A stretch of DNA of 63,551 nt, filler included, from Phoronis australis (taxonomy: Eukaryota > Animalia > Phoronida), in NCBI GenBank assembly GCA_002633005.1. It is 8 parts of 8 records of this genome, joined end to end, with 100 filler letters (N's around TTAATTAATTAA, not from the genome) between each part and the next. Parts side by side here need not be neighbours in the genome. Positions count along the whole stretch, not along the records: positions 14,294 to 31,954 come from NMRA01000197.1; positions 32,055 to 48,938 come from NMRA01000341.1; 6 more parts are not named here. The stretch is one strand, 5' to 3'. A program made the translations under genes and the position numbers. Below, piece after piece: positions 22,737 to 35,600 of this stretch (position 1 is the stretch's first letter; each line of letters begins with the position of its first letter). Below the pieces are notes generated by a model. It saw nothing but the letters and a program-made list of their open reading frames with translations, made no database searches and was not told the origin of the DNA.

Positions 22737-24999
22737 AAGGTAGTCCTAACCTTGACTTCTTTCTCAACGAATTCCTCCTAAGCAACGTTAGCAAATTTTT
22801 ATGTACCGCTTATCAATATTGTTGCATCCGATTTCCCTACATGAATCTGTACATATTTTGTTTTTATATATCTGTAATAGCATATCTAAGTATTGGAATA
22901 CTTATTTTAGGTACTACTTAATTGTATATACCTTTATGTATATAAGTTTCATTTATGACTTATTTAAAACCCAGATATAATGCTTCGCGGTTTCTGGGTT
23001 TGTTATTTTTTCTTTGTATGTTCTGTGTATCCTTCAATAAATATGTATCACTCTTGTTACTGCATAACAAAAAGTACTGAATGATTGAAAAATTATAATC
23101 AACTGCCATTACAGTTTTAAAGGGAAGTGAACTGTATTGTCAATTTTTGAGTCGTGGGGTATAATCATGATTGGAGCTTCTTTCCATACTTAGAAAATAT
23201 TTTGACGTAAATATTAGAAGACAAATTACTGCAAGTAATCACCTTAGGGATGGTCGCCATCTTTGCTCTGACATATTCTACTAGCTTCAATGGCGACCCG
23301 AGCAGACTAGTGGAATGCAAATCTGTTGACGATTTCACCAGCCCTCACAAGTCATATGTACTAAAGATGTGTATAAAGATGGGTCACCTTTTGTACAAGT
23401 ATGGTACATACTTTTTCGTGGTCTTTCAGTATAAACATGGGTCACACCTTTGAACCATTTGAATAAATATGGACCACAATTTTCAGACTTGCAAGGTATA
23501 ACATGGTTGCAATTTTCAAAGTCCAGCAGCCCTTCCTAACCCCCTAACCGGTTAGGCCTATCAGGTTTGTGCAACGGGGCAGTCAGTAAGTCGAAAGTTG
23601 TCAGCGAGAGGTAATACAATATTCCAAACTGACGTTATGACCTGTTGACCTAGGCCAACGATTGTTATAAACATGAAGTAACTTTATAGCAATTGCTACT
23701 GATATCTTACTTGCACTGTTTTCAGATGATTTGTTTCCTGATACATTTGATGTTTTTCAATTGCTGTCAACGTGTTTCAGCTTAATAAAGTGATACTTAA
23801 TTGTTTATTGTCGCTTTTAATAATAGACTATGATATGAGCTAAGAGCACCATTGTTCACCACATGTTTACTTCCGGACAAACAGTACAGGTCTTCGTTCT
23901 TAAACAACTTGAGGCTGCTGTTACGCGATCATCTGATATTCAATTTTTTACGCCGCGTCATTGCTCCTTATGCTCTTGAATATTTGGTAGTTGTCTAACC
24001 CCTACACAACACCACACTTTTTCATAGACGGCTCTTCGTATGCTAAAAAGTTGTGTATAAGCAGAGGTTCCAAAAAAGTTTTGGTGGTGGCGTGACTCAT
24101 ACCCAGATGTGCACAAATAGGGTTTTACGAAACTTATGAGCCACGTTCATGTGACGAAATCCAGAAGTTATCTTAAGGAAAACGCAAGAGACATGTTAAG
24201 TGCCAGAAACTCAATTCTCTTGTCAGTGAGAGTAATTCCACATCACAAAAATGCCCAAATTCGAGACCCACGTTTAGCACTAAATATATAAGAGACATGT
24301 TTTTTAAAAGCAATTTTCAAAGATCAGTCTTAGAAGTGTCTACACAGCGAATTTCAACTTCAAATATATTCCGATATAGCAGGCAGGTTACGCAACATCT
24401 TGCCACTTGTGACTGGCCTGAAAAGTGGTCTCGGAAATTTCTCCCCTGCTGGAATTTTAAATGTACCTAAGAGTTTCAAATTTCATTTTCTTACTAACCT
24501 TACATGAGTCTTTATGACCATCAATGTCAAACTTTGTCACCAGTTTTCCAAGTTTGATCTTTTGCTGTTCCAAAAGAGCAGTTTTACTGACACGAAAAAA
24601 TGCAAAATATGCCTTTATAGCCAAATAGGTCATATCTAGGTAACCAAAGGTCACTGAGTGCAAATATTGCAGCGGTGTACTTTGGGCCAGGATCCCAACA
24701 CATGCAAAAACTATTAGTTCTGTATGAATTTTTGAGAAAATAGTGATTTTTCATCTTCATATGGTTTTTATATGGAATCAATCTTAACTTTTTTCAGATC
24801 GTTTGAGTCGGTGCAGGTCATCAGGAGAGTCAATGATCGTTTTGACCTCTTTTTCACCGCGCAGAAGATTTGTTCCGCCTACAATCAAGTTATTCACACT
24901 TCGTGGTCTCGCTTGATTGTCTGAGGGAGCTTGAAGTATAGTCTTGTAAGATCATCATTTATGAGCACATACGTTTCTGTAGTTGGGTTTTGTTTTGAG

Positions 25000-25155
25000 C
25001 AGGAGCGGTTCCAGGATTTGAGTTGGGGGGGCAGGGCGGAGTATTACCCAGGATTTTTCCCATCAGACATTCGCACTCCCGAACTGCCAAATGTAATCTG
25101 GGAAAACTTTAGGGGGCGGCCATGGTCTCTTGGCACCCCTCTAAATCCGCCATCG
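25000..25155. mobile_element. Small MITE with 5-bp TSD
   Basis: CAGGAGCGGTTCCAGG...CTAAATCCGCCATCG imperfect TIR; TTGAG at 24995-24999 and 25156-25160. Confidence 0.6.
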
Positions 25156-25645
25156 TTGAGGGCCTTTTTCTTAATTATTTCTGATCATTTGTATCACGTC
25201 TCAATAACTTAACGATAATGAAGAATGAATAGGACATTTGTTCTATGTCGGCTGAGATGATGTATTGCTCTCTACACATTCTGATTAGAATTCCAAGTAG
25301 ACTATTGGTCACTGTTAGGGCCTGGCACTGAGCTCCATTCAGCGATAAGTTCCGGTATTCCGGAGCTCTCTCGCTGATATAGCCGAGAAAGGTATCGAAA
25401 TTTTCTCCCAGACTCCCTTGTTACCCTATTGTACCAACCACGCGCGTTCAAAGCCGACGAATAACATTAAGCCTACTCTAATCGTCTGCACGATTCTGTC
25501 ATTTACGCAAACTCCATTCTGGCGAAGTTGAGTGCGTACGGCCCGATCAGATTACCAGTACGTGAAGCCCTTCAAGCAAATTCAAAATTATTATTACTGA
25601 AACTTAGTTATCATTGTGGTTACTAGTAACAGTAGCTGCAAAAAT

Positions 25646-25970
25646 GTTGTTGTTGTTGTTGTCCATCTTTAGCTTATCTTTAACGGATAGTCTGGGACTG
25701 GACCTTTTCGTCCGGGGGGACTATAACGTTATGTTGCTGTTAGCAGTGTGTTCCTAACAATTCGTTTTTGCTGAAGACTGAGTAGACCGTCAGCTCAGGG
25801 CACTTAGCAATGAACGAGATACCAACGTTTGACCACCCGGGCCCTTAAAGTGCACACCAGTACTATAGAAATGAGTGTCTGCCGGAGTCTTCACTTTGGA
25901 ACTATGTGGCCCCTGGGACACCATCCGAAGGGGGCATGACTGAGCTTGGTTAGATACTCGAGGTACTGGC
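25646..25970 (-). mobile_element. Probable retroposon 3' fragment with (CAA)n tail
   Basis: (TTG)5 at 25646-25661 abutting a more GC-rich segment; no clear head seen. Confidence 0.35.
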
Positions 25971-27069
25971 TAAAACTGATTTGTAATGAACAATCGTGCC
26001 ACACTATGTTTGTTAATCACTTGCTTCCTTCATCACTTTCAATAACTTTATAATTGTCTTTGTGGTTCAATGTCAAGTAAGAAAGATGTGTATTGCTAAT
26101 TGCAGTTCAGATTTAATGGTTTTAATTTTTGATATTTTTGTATAATGTGTCATTGTTATTCGAAACAATACGTCATTTTGCATTTTACGGAACTATAAAA
26201 GGAAAAAACCCGGTTTCTGACAAGACTACAAACAGTATTATTTTCTGATTTTCGTAGAAATAGTCACATATAGCCCAGGAACTGAACCGTGAAAACGGAG
26301 AATCGAGGATAAAAATGGAATTCAACTGAATCAAACAAAATTGGTGTTCAGTACTGTGGAATAATCGCTCATTTTAACCGGTTTTAAATCAGATTTTAGT
26401 GTTCAGTACTTCGACTGTTTAACCAAGGGAGAAACCCCCTCCCGACATTGCCTGCGCTCGGTGCTACGCGCCTCAGATTCGCGCGAATCCTTCACTAAAA
26501 ACGTAGATCTGTGTTGATGTACACGTGTTATGTATGCTACACTTGCCACGAAACGAGATCACCTTGATCATTTTAGGTGCAACTCTTATTTTGATAGCTA
26601 CATCTTGGCTCAGAAGATACCCGCACAAAGCTATTTCGTTCTAAATGATATCGCAAACTTCAAATTGGAATAAATTATGTTAGCGTAGACATTTTCGATA
26701 TGTTGACAGAAAGAAAATTGGATAAGTGTTGGGTCTTATCTCCTTCAGTATTACGGCAGACGTTCGCTTAGTGATGGATCTAGAACTTCTGCTGCCCGGA
26801 GGGTCAGAAGATAACGTTGTTCCCCAAGCCCCCTCTACCCAACACCCAGCATCACGCCAGCTTGGATGCCATCTCTAAGCTGTAGCTATGTGAACACTGC
26901 TTCCGTACCCATCCAATTCCATCAGGGCACAATGGTCACAAATAGACTAGAGTTGTCAAACGTGATCCTAAAAAATTGATAGCCACACAGAAATCTTTGG
27001 TTTGACTTGCTAACCTTAGCACAGTGAGATATACAAAATTCACAGTTATCATGAGCAAAAACAAATTTC

Positions 27070-28658
27070 ATGTTCTTGGGGATTAATTTCCAAGTCAGCT
27101 TACACGATATGGCAGATCAGAATTATTTGACGAATTTGAAAGATATTGAATTAATTTTGAAAAATTGGTCTAAAAGAATTTTGACGCCTTTCGAGAGGAT
27201 TACAGTAATCAAAGCGCTAGCGGTTTCAAAAATTGTACATCTTCTGGAATCCTTGCCACAACCTTTGAAATATATTCTAGAAAAACTGAACTCAATGTTT
27301 TTTAAATACCCCTGGCAAGGTCGCAATGACAAAATTAAGCACTCCCAAGCTGTTTGTAATTACAATGAAGGAGGTATCAGAATGATCAACATGTTTTCAT
27401 TGTGTAAGGCTTTAAAGATTAACATGTTAACAAAATTTGTAAACGGTCAGTCTAAGACTGCCGGTTTCTTTCATCGATTTTTCCTGAATTTAGAAATTTC
27501 GCTAAGTACGGAGTTGACTTTCTCAAGATAAAGTTGCCTAATACTGACAATCACTTCTGGAAAGATTTTTTTGAATGTGTAATCTTCTTTGGAAATTGTT
27601 TGAAGATAAAAAATCAGATTTTCTTAACCAACCTTAATGGTTTAGCAGTGATCTGCAGGCAGGAGGAAAAAGTATTTTCAACAGGAACTGGTGCAATAGA
27701 GGCATAGTCTTTATAAAGGACTTGTTTTCCCCAGACGGTAATATTTTGAACTATAGATTTTTTGTGGATATTTTAGGTATCAAAACGAGCTTTGTGGAGT
27801 ATAGTAGTCTAATTTCATTTATATCTAAGTACCAACAGAAATGTGATATTGATAGAGTTGTTAGTTTTGATGCGCATTGTCCTGTTACGCCACCGATTTT
27901 AATGAAACTGAAAAATGGCGGGAGAGGGTGTCAACATATCTGTACACGATCAAATTATAGTTCCGAAGTCTCAAAGGCGACGTCAAAATGGGTCAACGAA
28001 ATGAACGTAAACACAACTAATTTCTCATGGGAAGATGTTTATTCCCTTCTATATAACACAACAAGAGACTCAAGAATTAGGCGGCTTCAGTTCAGATTCT
28101 TGACGAGAATTTTGACCACTAACTCTTTTTTAAAAATAATTCAACTTACGGATGATGACTCTTGTTCCTTTTGTGAACAATCGAAAGAGACTTTGAAACA
28201 CTTATTTTGGGAATGTGAAACAGTAAATTCATTTTGGACAAGAGTTAATAACGAAATTCTAAACAAAGCAAATCCCCAGTGTGTCGGGACTATCTTCTGC
28301 AACAACATTATTTTTGGTTTTTTTTTGATAAAAAAGAAAATTTTAAAAACATTGTTTTATTATTGGGTAAAAAGTTTATTTATATGCAAAAGTTTGGATC
28401 AAAAAGATTACTTCTAAGTAGATTTTTTAACTTCATCAAAGAATATTATACGAGTGAAAAGTATAATGCTCGTAAGGATTTGAATTTAGAATTTATACGA
28501 AAAGATGGTGTAACTTTGAAACGGTTTTTCTTAGCAGTCAAGAGGATTAGTTATGGGTATGCGCGCGCGTGTGTGTGTGCGTGTCTGTGGTGTTCTTTGT
28601 CTTTTTGTGATATTGTAATGTTTTTCTCATTGCTAATAAATGTATATGTATAAAAAAG
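27070..28658 (+). mobile_element. 5'-truncated Tx1/L1-like LINE, ORF2 3' half, degenerate
   Basis: FLGI..W..R.LT...RI.VIK.L, GG....N and zf-RVT motifs (FRFLTRILTTN..CSFC....ETLKHLFWEC....FW); AATAAA at 28636 then A-rich tail. Confidence 0.88.
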
Positions 28659-31600
28659 AGATATACATAATTCGGGATAAAAACGTTTTCACTATGACGC
28701 TACTGTTCTATATGGGGTTTTGATAATAACGAAATTAGAATACGCAATTAGTGGACTAAAACAAATTTCTTTGAAATACACTGAAATTCAAATAAACACC
28801 TCAACAAAAGTTTGGAAATTTTTGTTCAATAGTGCGTTAATGTGGTTTGTTTCCACTATCGATTGTGTAACGATAGCATATGCTTTCCAAATGTTTGTTA
28901 AAAGTGATGGTGGTGTTGCGCTAATGAATAAATAAGAGTTGTTCTAAGCAAACAGTCGAGTGTGGAATGGTCAGTAACGTGTGGGAGAGAGAAACATTTC
29001 GTCAAGTGTAATGCTTGACCCTGTGTAATCACTGATTCCTGCCTCCGCCTCCAAACATCTTAGCCGACTCTGTGCAGATCAGCAGCAGAAACTGGCGAAC
29101 AGTAAGTATATGTTATTTCTTGCGAAACGGTCGTTTGTTATACACGTAAATTCTCGAGCTACTATTTGTCCGAAAACGACCGCATTATGTTTATACAGTA
29201 CAGATTCTTATATAACTGTTGTAGTGTTCTTCCTATAAACGAGTTGATGTCACAAATTTACACAAAAATTAGTACATTTCGTTGTGTTGTAGTTTTAGAT
29301 AATCGAAACAATTGAAATTTGTTATTCGTATGAATTAAAAAGTTAATGAAAACAACACCCCTAGCTTAGATGTCAAAAGAGACATGTTTTATTTTTGCGT
29401 GTATCTTAGATATAGAGATGGATAGATATATATGTATAAATCCAAAAAGTTCCAATACGAAACAAAAATAATATTTTACACCAGAAAAAAATTCCAATAC
29501 AAAAACACAAATAATGTTTTACACCAGAACATCAGAGTAGACACTTGCCATCCATCACAGTCCCACGAATGCTTCCAGATAGTTTTTTCACGAATGCATT
29601 AAAGTATTAAAGTTCTCACGAGCTGTTTTCTCTCGTGAACCTAATTTCTGTTCTCACGAACGCAACTCGTTCATCATGAAACTTTTGTTTACTAGAAAGA
29701 AAATTTGTTTCGATACACGAAATAATACAGTTCGAGAAAAAGACTTGTGTTCGTGATAAAAGAACAGTGAGTATGACGTACGATCCATGTGGGCCGAAGG
29801 TTGTCTACCACGAGGTATCTTTTATAAATTTACTATAATGAATTAATGTAACAAAACATTCGCCCACTTACCCCGTTTAAAAGTACGATTTTTTAAATTA
29901 GATTTCGAAGGTGCAATAAAATGTTTTTGATCCTTTTTTGAAAAAAAACACACGAAAGTTTAGAGCACTTAGGGCTACAAAAGTTGTCTCAACGTGATTA
30001 TTTATGGGCTTATATAAGTCCGGCAGTTCGTTTTCTTGAGGCCATGCTTAGGGCAAAGAATGACGGGACGAGTCTTCGAAGTCTGTCTTGAATCTCGCCT
30101 TCCGTTCACGAGTATCCATCAACAACTAAAACGCAACTTTTTAAACACGCTTTCTAGTTCAACTAAGAGTAAAAAATGTCAAAAACGACGTAACTTTAGC
30201 TCCAAAATCTTCTCATTCATAAGTTTTACCATAATGTTTGAGACAAAATTAAATCACAAAACTTAAGCCTTTCTTCTAACAATTTTAAGCCAATAAACAC
30301 TTTCAAAATTAGTTTTCAAAACTGAAAGCTTCAGGGTAAAAACGTGCAACCTGAAATAAGAATAGATGCGAATCGGAACTGTGGCCCTTTGAATACAGTA
30401 TTAATATACTAACACAAAACAATTTGTTTTGATATGTATAATGCTTCATGTCAATTTTATTACATTTGTGCTTTATTTAACCGTTTTAAATTTAGTCCAG
30501 AACCGCGATTTCATTGAAGTTAACTTTTTAACGCAATTTGTTGTTGTCACTGTAACTGATCCGTGAAATATTAAAACGACTTCTCACACAACTTATGCCG
30601 ATGGAGAGTCGCTCTGAGACCATGAGCTGACCCCAGACAGTAATTAATATTTACCTATTCATATATTTAATATACGATTAGAAGACTGACATAGTGGTAT
30701 AAGTAGTTCAATATGTAAATATTGAATAAATAAACCTGACACCTTAGAAAAATAATTAAATCGTTGCTACATGTCTTCAAAAATTAGAACATGATAAACG
30801 AGTTGATAGTGTTTAAGAAATGACTATATGTTCATACATGTATATATGTGTAAATGTGTGCGTCTATGTTTGCAAAATTAGCAGTGTTTTTGTGTAATAG
30901 TGCAATATGTATATGGTTATTTACGATGGACATAATTGTAAGAGAAACAGCTCCAGTCATTGCACGGTGAGAAAAATCTGAAATCTTGTTCCTGTCCAGC
31001 AAAAGAGGGTGTGATTATCTTATCTAGAACTAAGATGGTATTTTATTTTCAAAGATGAAAACGTAAACAGTGACTTGCCACGATTGGTTTGTAAAATGGA
31101 GTTTTCAGTATAGGGTTGTAGTCGCGATAAGTAACAATAAAGTATCGTAAGAGATCTGGCGAACGATAATTTCTTATCGGTCTGTTGTTTCGGTTGTGAT
31201 AGCAATTCTAACTCACTAACTTCACTCCGAGATCACGTGATATGCGCGCACAGATCTGACGAATCATTACCGTGTCGCGTCTGAAGCTGTTTTGAAGTGC
31301 TTTTCTATCTCTTCGTTTTTGGATTTATTAATTGTATTGCGCGTTGTTTAGAAGACGGAAGCATGAGGCAACTCGTGCGCTAACATTTGGCCTTTTGTCA
31401 CCCCAATGTTGTAAGCGCGCCTTAGCCAGACTGTGTGCTGAGTAACCCGTCTATTCACAAAACCTCATTAATGAGCGCCGCTCAGCAGCGCTGCTGAAGA
31501 AAACGTATTCGGTATAGTTTCTCTTGTAATGCACCGATTTTAAAAATTCGAAGACGGCTAATATTCATTTTGTGGCTATCCTTATTTGTTGGTTTCGACT

Positions 31601-32054
31601 TTGAAACAGATACGCTAAACAAGTGCGTTGGTTACGACCTTAATCATCTCATCCGATAAACATTCGGCCAAGCCCATGAATAGTCATCAGTTTACTAATC
31701 AGGCCCGTAGGAAGGTAAAAATTATTGGGGGGGCACCGACCCTGGTCGATACGTAACTTCTAATTTCGAAACCACTGCGTTGCACTGGGGTGTATATATC
31801 AACGCTGTAAAACGAACTACTGCAACCACTAGGTACGTTTTGAATTATATGAAAAAATATGTCTACTAATAATAAGGTGTGTAACAGATGCTGTACTTTT
31901 AGAGTTAATTTTTTGTTAAGATTGACTGGAAATTTTTGGAGCAACATACATGCCNNNNNNNNNNNNNNNNNNNNNNNNNNNNNNNNNNNNNNNNNNNNTT
32001 AATTAATTAANNNNNNNNNNNNNNNNNNNNNNNNNNNNNNNNNNNNNNNNNNNN

Positions 32055-32276
32055 TCCACGAATATAGTAATCTTAGGTCTTTTGGGAATTTGTGGCCACC
32101 TGTCGAAGACTTGCACCAGGGAAATTAGCAGTAATAAGGCTTAGCGCGACGACGTATTTTGATAAAAATTCCATCTTTTACCAGTTGTTTACATGCAGAC
32201 AGCCACGCATGCGCAATTCAATCACCACTAGTACAGCAGCGACACCGCGAGGAGAATTCTCCGAATAGCTCCATTC
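32055..32276 (-). repeat. Dispersed repeat copy A (inverted partner of 43693-43914)
   Basis: About 220 bp, near-identical reverse complement of 43693-43914; left end runs into a gap. Confidence 0.9.
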
Positions 32277-32543
32277 TGTGCTAAGAATGTTCCACAGTGC
32301 GTTAATTTATGGTTCTTAAGTTAATAGCCAATAACATGTAAAATAAAATTTCGTCATCGGAATCGCAAAATTATGGGATTCACCTGTTTTAGGCAACCCC
32401 TCAGGTATGTTTTAAAACTCACGGCCCAACCAAGAGACGGCGCTCCCGTCACACACACTAGATGTCGCATTGTACTTGCTTAACCTCAAGATCAGGCTCA
32501 CACTTTCCAAAGGCAAAGGTCTCCGCGGGAAGATAAAGGCGTA

Positions 32544-32665
32544 ATGGGGTGGCTTATCAGTCTTTTATTTGAATACGACACAGCGAAAATTGTCCATATA
32601 GAGAACAAAGCTATCGGTATCATCAATAGAATCATCCAACTGGCCATAGTCACTTATGTTATTGT
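32544..32665 (+). CDS. P2RX4: P2X exon 1 (MGWLISLLFEYDTAKIVHIENKAIGIINRIIQLAIVTYVIV)
   Basis: ATG at 32544 with in-frame TAA upstream at 32481; GTAAGT donor, phase 2. Confidence 0.93.
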
Positions 32666-35600
32666 GTAAGTTGCTGTTAAAGGGATTTGAATACCCTCCA
32701 ATGCTAGACAGTGACCAAAGGGCTCAGTAGAGAGACGGTGAAGCTGGCCTATAGTATAGGCACTTCGTACGCCGGAAGCTTTTCTGCGAATCATGCCTCA
32801 AACTTATTAAAAAGCCAAAGTCACACTGGTATAATCAGCTTTTGAGCACAGAGGGACACCTTAGCCAGGAAGCTAAATTCCTTTCAATTCGAACAAATGT
32901 TCCCGTTATCAAACTTTTTCGCGCAGTCCTTCGTTCATTTACCAAAATGGTTAACTGTCCATCTTTACACTGCGCATCCCAGGGGATATGACATACCGCC
33001 TGCCGTGTGCAGTGTTAAAAATTGCCTGTTTCTGATTTTGGGAACTGAACGAAAGAGTCTGCTCAAAGAAAATTAAAGTTTGATGACGGAAATATTTGTT
33101 AGAGTTCTGGAAAGAATTAAAGACATCAACAGGCTCCCAAGGTGTCCTCTATGCACGAAAGGTACTTATAACAAAGTGACTTTGATTTTTTGTAATCAGT
33201 GTGAGGCATAATTCACCGAAAAACTTCTGGGATATGAAGTGCCTGTAGGAGCTTCACCGTCTCTACTGAGCCAGTTAGAGAGTCGGGGGTCACTGTCTAC
33301 CTCCATGCCAGCCTCGGCTTATGGAGCAACCTAATTCATCTGTAAATAAGTATTTACAGTGCCACGGTGAGACGCAGTAGGCAGAACAGGGTCGACTTGA
33401 ATAATGTGATGAATTTGCAGTGAGTGTAGTAATGTAAGACCTCTCTTAATCACTCGTCTAAGGGCAATTGCTCTTTGGTCGACTGGTTAGGACGCCTGGC
33501 ATTGACGCCAGACAGTGTCAGTGATCGCCATCTCTAGCTGGGCATTTTTAACATTCCTGCACGCACTCCTGCGGGGCACGGTAAAATGCCAATTTGAGCA
33601 ACTCGACGAAGGACTGCTCGAACAAAAAGTTTGATTACGGAAGTATTTGTTCGAGTTGGAAGAAAGTAAGGTCTCCTAAGATGTCTCTCTATGTGCAAAA
33701 ACTACTTATAACTAAGTAATTTTTTTGTTTAAATCAGTCTGAGGCATAATTCGCCAAAAATAATTACTTTACGCAGTTAAAAATTACTTTACTCTGTAAA
33801 TAATTACTTTATGCCATTAAAAGTTAATTTACACTGCAAATAATTCCCTGCGAAATGGAACACAGTTAACTATGGTTAACCATGGTCAACCATTGTACAG
33901 CCATGGTTGACCATGGTTTTAACATTTCTCGTTAAGTTGAAACCATGGTTGACTATGATTGGTTACCATGGTCCGTGGTCCAACTGGTAAATAACCCATA
34001 CACTAAAGCTCAAAGTAGACCAAGGCAACTCCAGTTTGACAAGGTGCGAAATATACTCATTTAGTAAAACATTGAAGTGAATCTTTTCAATGACTATGCC
34101 CCATGAATTAGCTGAGTTTGATATGGAATATGCTTCCACAACAGTGACATTTAAAGGACTGGTTTTTAGTGATGAGAATGGTATTTGAATGACCAGGAAA
34201 CACTACCAGGATAGTGATTATCCAACATGGCCCTGAGAGTTTCGCCAGGTGAACTGGTGTATGAACCGTCTTTTCATTAGACAATCTCCAACTGAGCAGT
34301 CTTGTCCTTCTTCAGAATCTGAACAAGTTTTGCCATTGCTGGCAAACATGAAGATTACTGGCAAAAATTTCTCCACTAGTTCCTTTTTGCCCTACATGTT
34401 GCAGACTTGAAGGTTCTGTTTGTCTAATGGTAGGCGTTCCAGTCCTCTTCAGTGTCTGCACGCTGGACAATCCAATGAGCTTTTCTTCTTCTGAAGAGAT
34501 GCAAGCTCTTTGGTCACCATATCTGGCTATTAGGGTTACCAGTAAGCCTCACCATCCTCATAGAACAGGCAACGTTGATGGCATTAGTCAGCACAGTTGT
34601 AAGATTACTTGCCACCTTCTTAGGTGGCCGCGAGTGACTTGACCCTGGGATGGAGCCGTCAGACCCCTCATGGCGCTTGGAGCCCTGAGAATACTCAGGT
34701 GTTTGAAGCTCCAGATTCTTGAGCTTCTTTTAAAGTCGTCGCTTCCGCTTCTCCTTTAATTTCTCTTTTTTAGAGAGAAAAGGCGTGAAGCCATCAGCAA
34801 CAGACGACACAGCAGAAACACCATTCACTCTGGAGGGAGCCTCCGAGTACACACGAACATGAATGTCTGCAGTTGAAGCCACATTCAATCGTGCTTGGGT
34901 CTGGTCTGTTTAAACCCGACCAGTAGGGATAGAAAAACGCTGATTGTCCATGATTAGATTCGAGTCCGTCTCCACGTTCACCTCATCCACGAGATGGCAA
35001 CAAGGCTTGACCACTAAGTCTTCCCGCATCACAAACTTATAGGATCCAACACTAGGTTCGGCAACTCCCTCTCTCAGTTCCTTCAAAAGGAGGTCGTGTT
35101 TACAACATAAGAGTCCACCCTCACAGATGAGTTATCCCAGGTTTGGTATGTCTACCTCCAGTGCCAGACCCTCACTACTTTTCAGGGCTAATCGTGCTGA
35201 GGCTAGTCCCATAGTACAATAGACGTTACTCTATGCACTGCGGCTGACCCCAGAATTCTTAGCCAGCAAAGCTCCGTGTTGTCTACTGTCGGCCGCAACT
35301 GGTTTAAGACTCAAAAGCCAGCATGGCCAGTCCTCTAGTGTGTTACGTTATGGTCAGTAGTAACTAAAGATGTCGCTACCAGTGTCTTAGTATAGTAGGC
35401 ATGCTCTGTTACCTAATTCCTGTTCCGGTTGATGTTTCATGTACTCTCAATATAAATGCCTTAGTCACAATCGTATCGATCTTCATCTTTGGTCCGAAAC
35501 CAGCATAGAAACACAACATGGTGGCAGCGGCGTGAGACGATCCCACACCTGACGCGGAGACCACCATTTCAACACTGCCTTGTGGTTTTTGCATTTTTTT

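Larger units (their letters stand above)
17466..23052 (+). mobile_element. 5'-truncated CR1/L2-group LINE (ORF1 remnant, long spacer, APE-RT ORF2)
   Basis: ORF1 C-terminus (SHRFG..RPIICKF..IYINENLT..WTHDG); ORF2 with GDFN/SDH endonuclease motifs, NYRPITLL, VPQGRVLGPLLF, YADD, HRHLGILLD and C-terminal CxC..H...C; 3' UTR with AATAAA. Confidence 0.93.
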
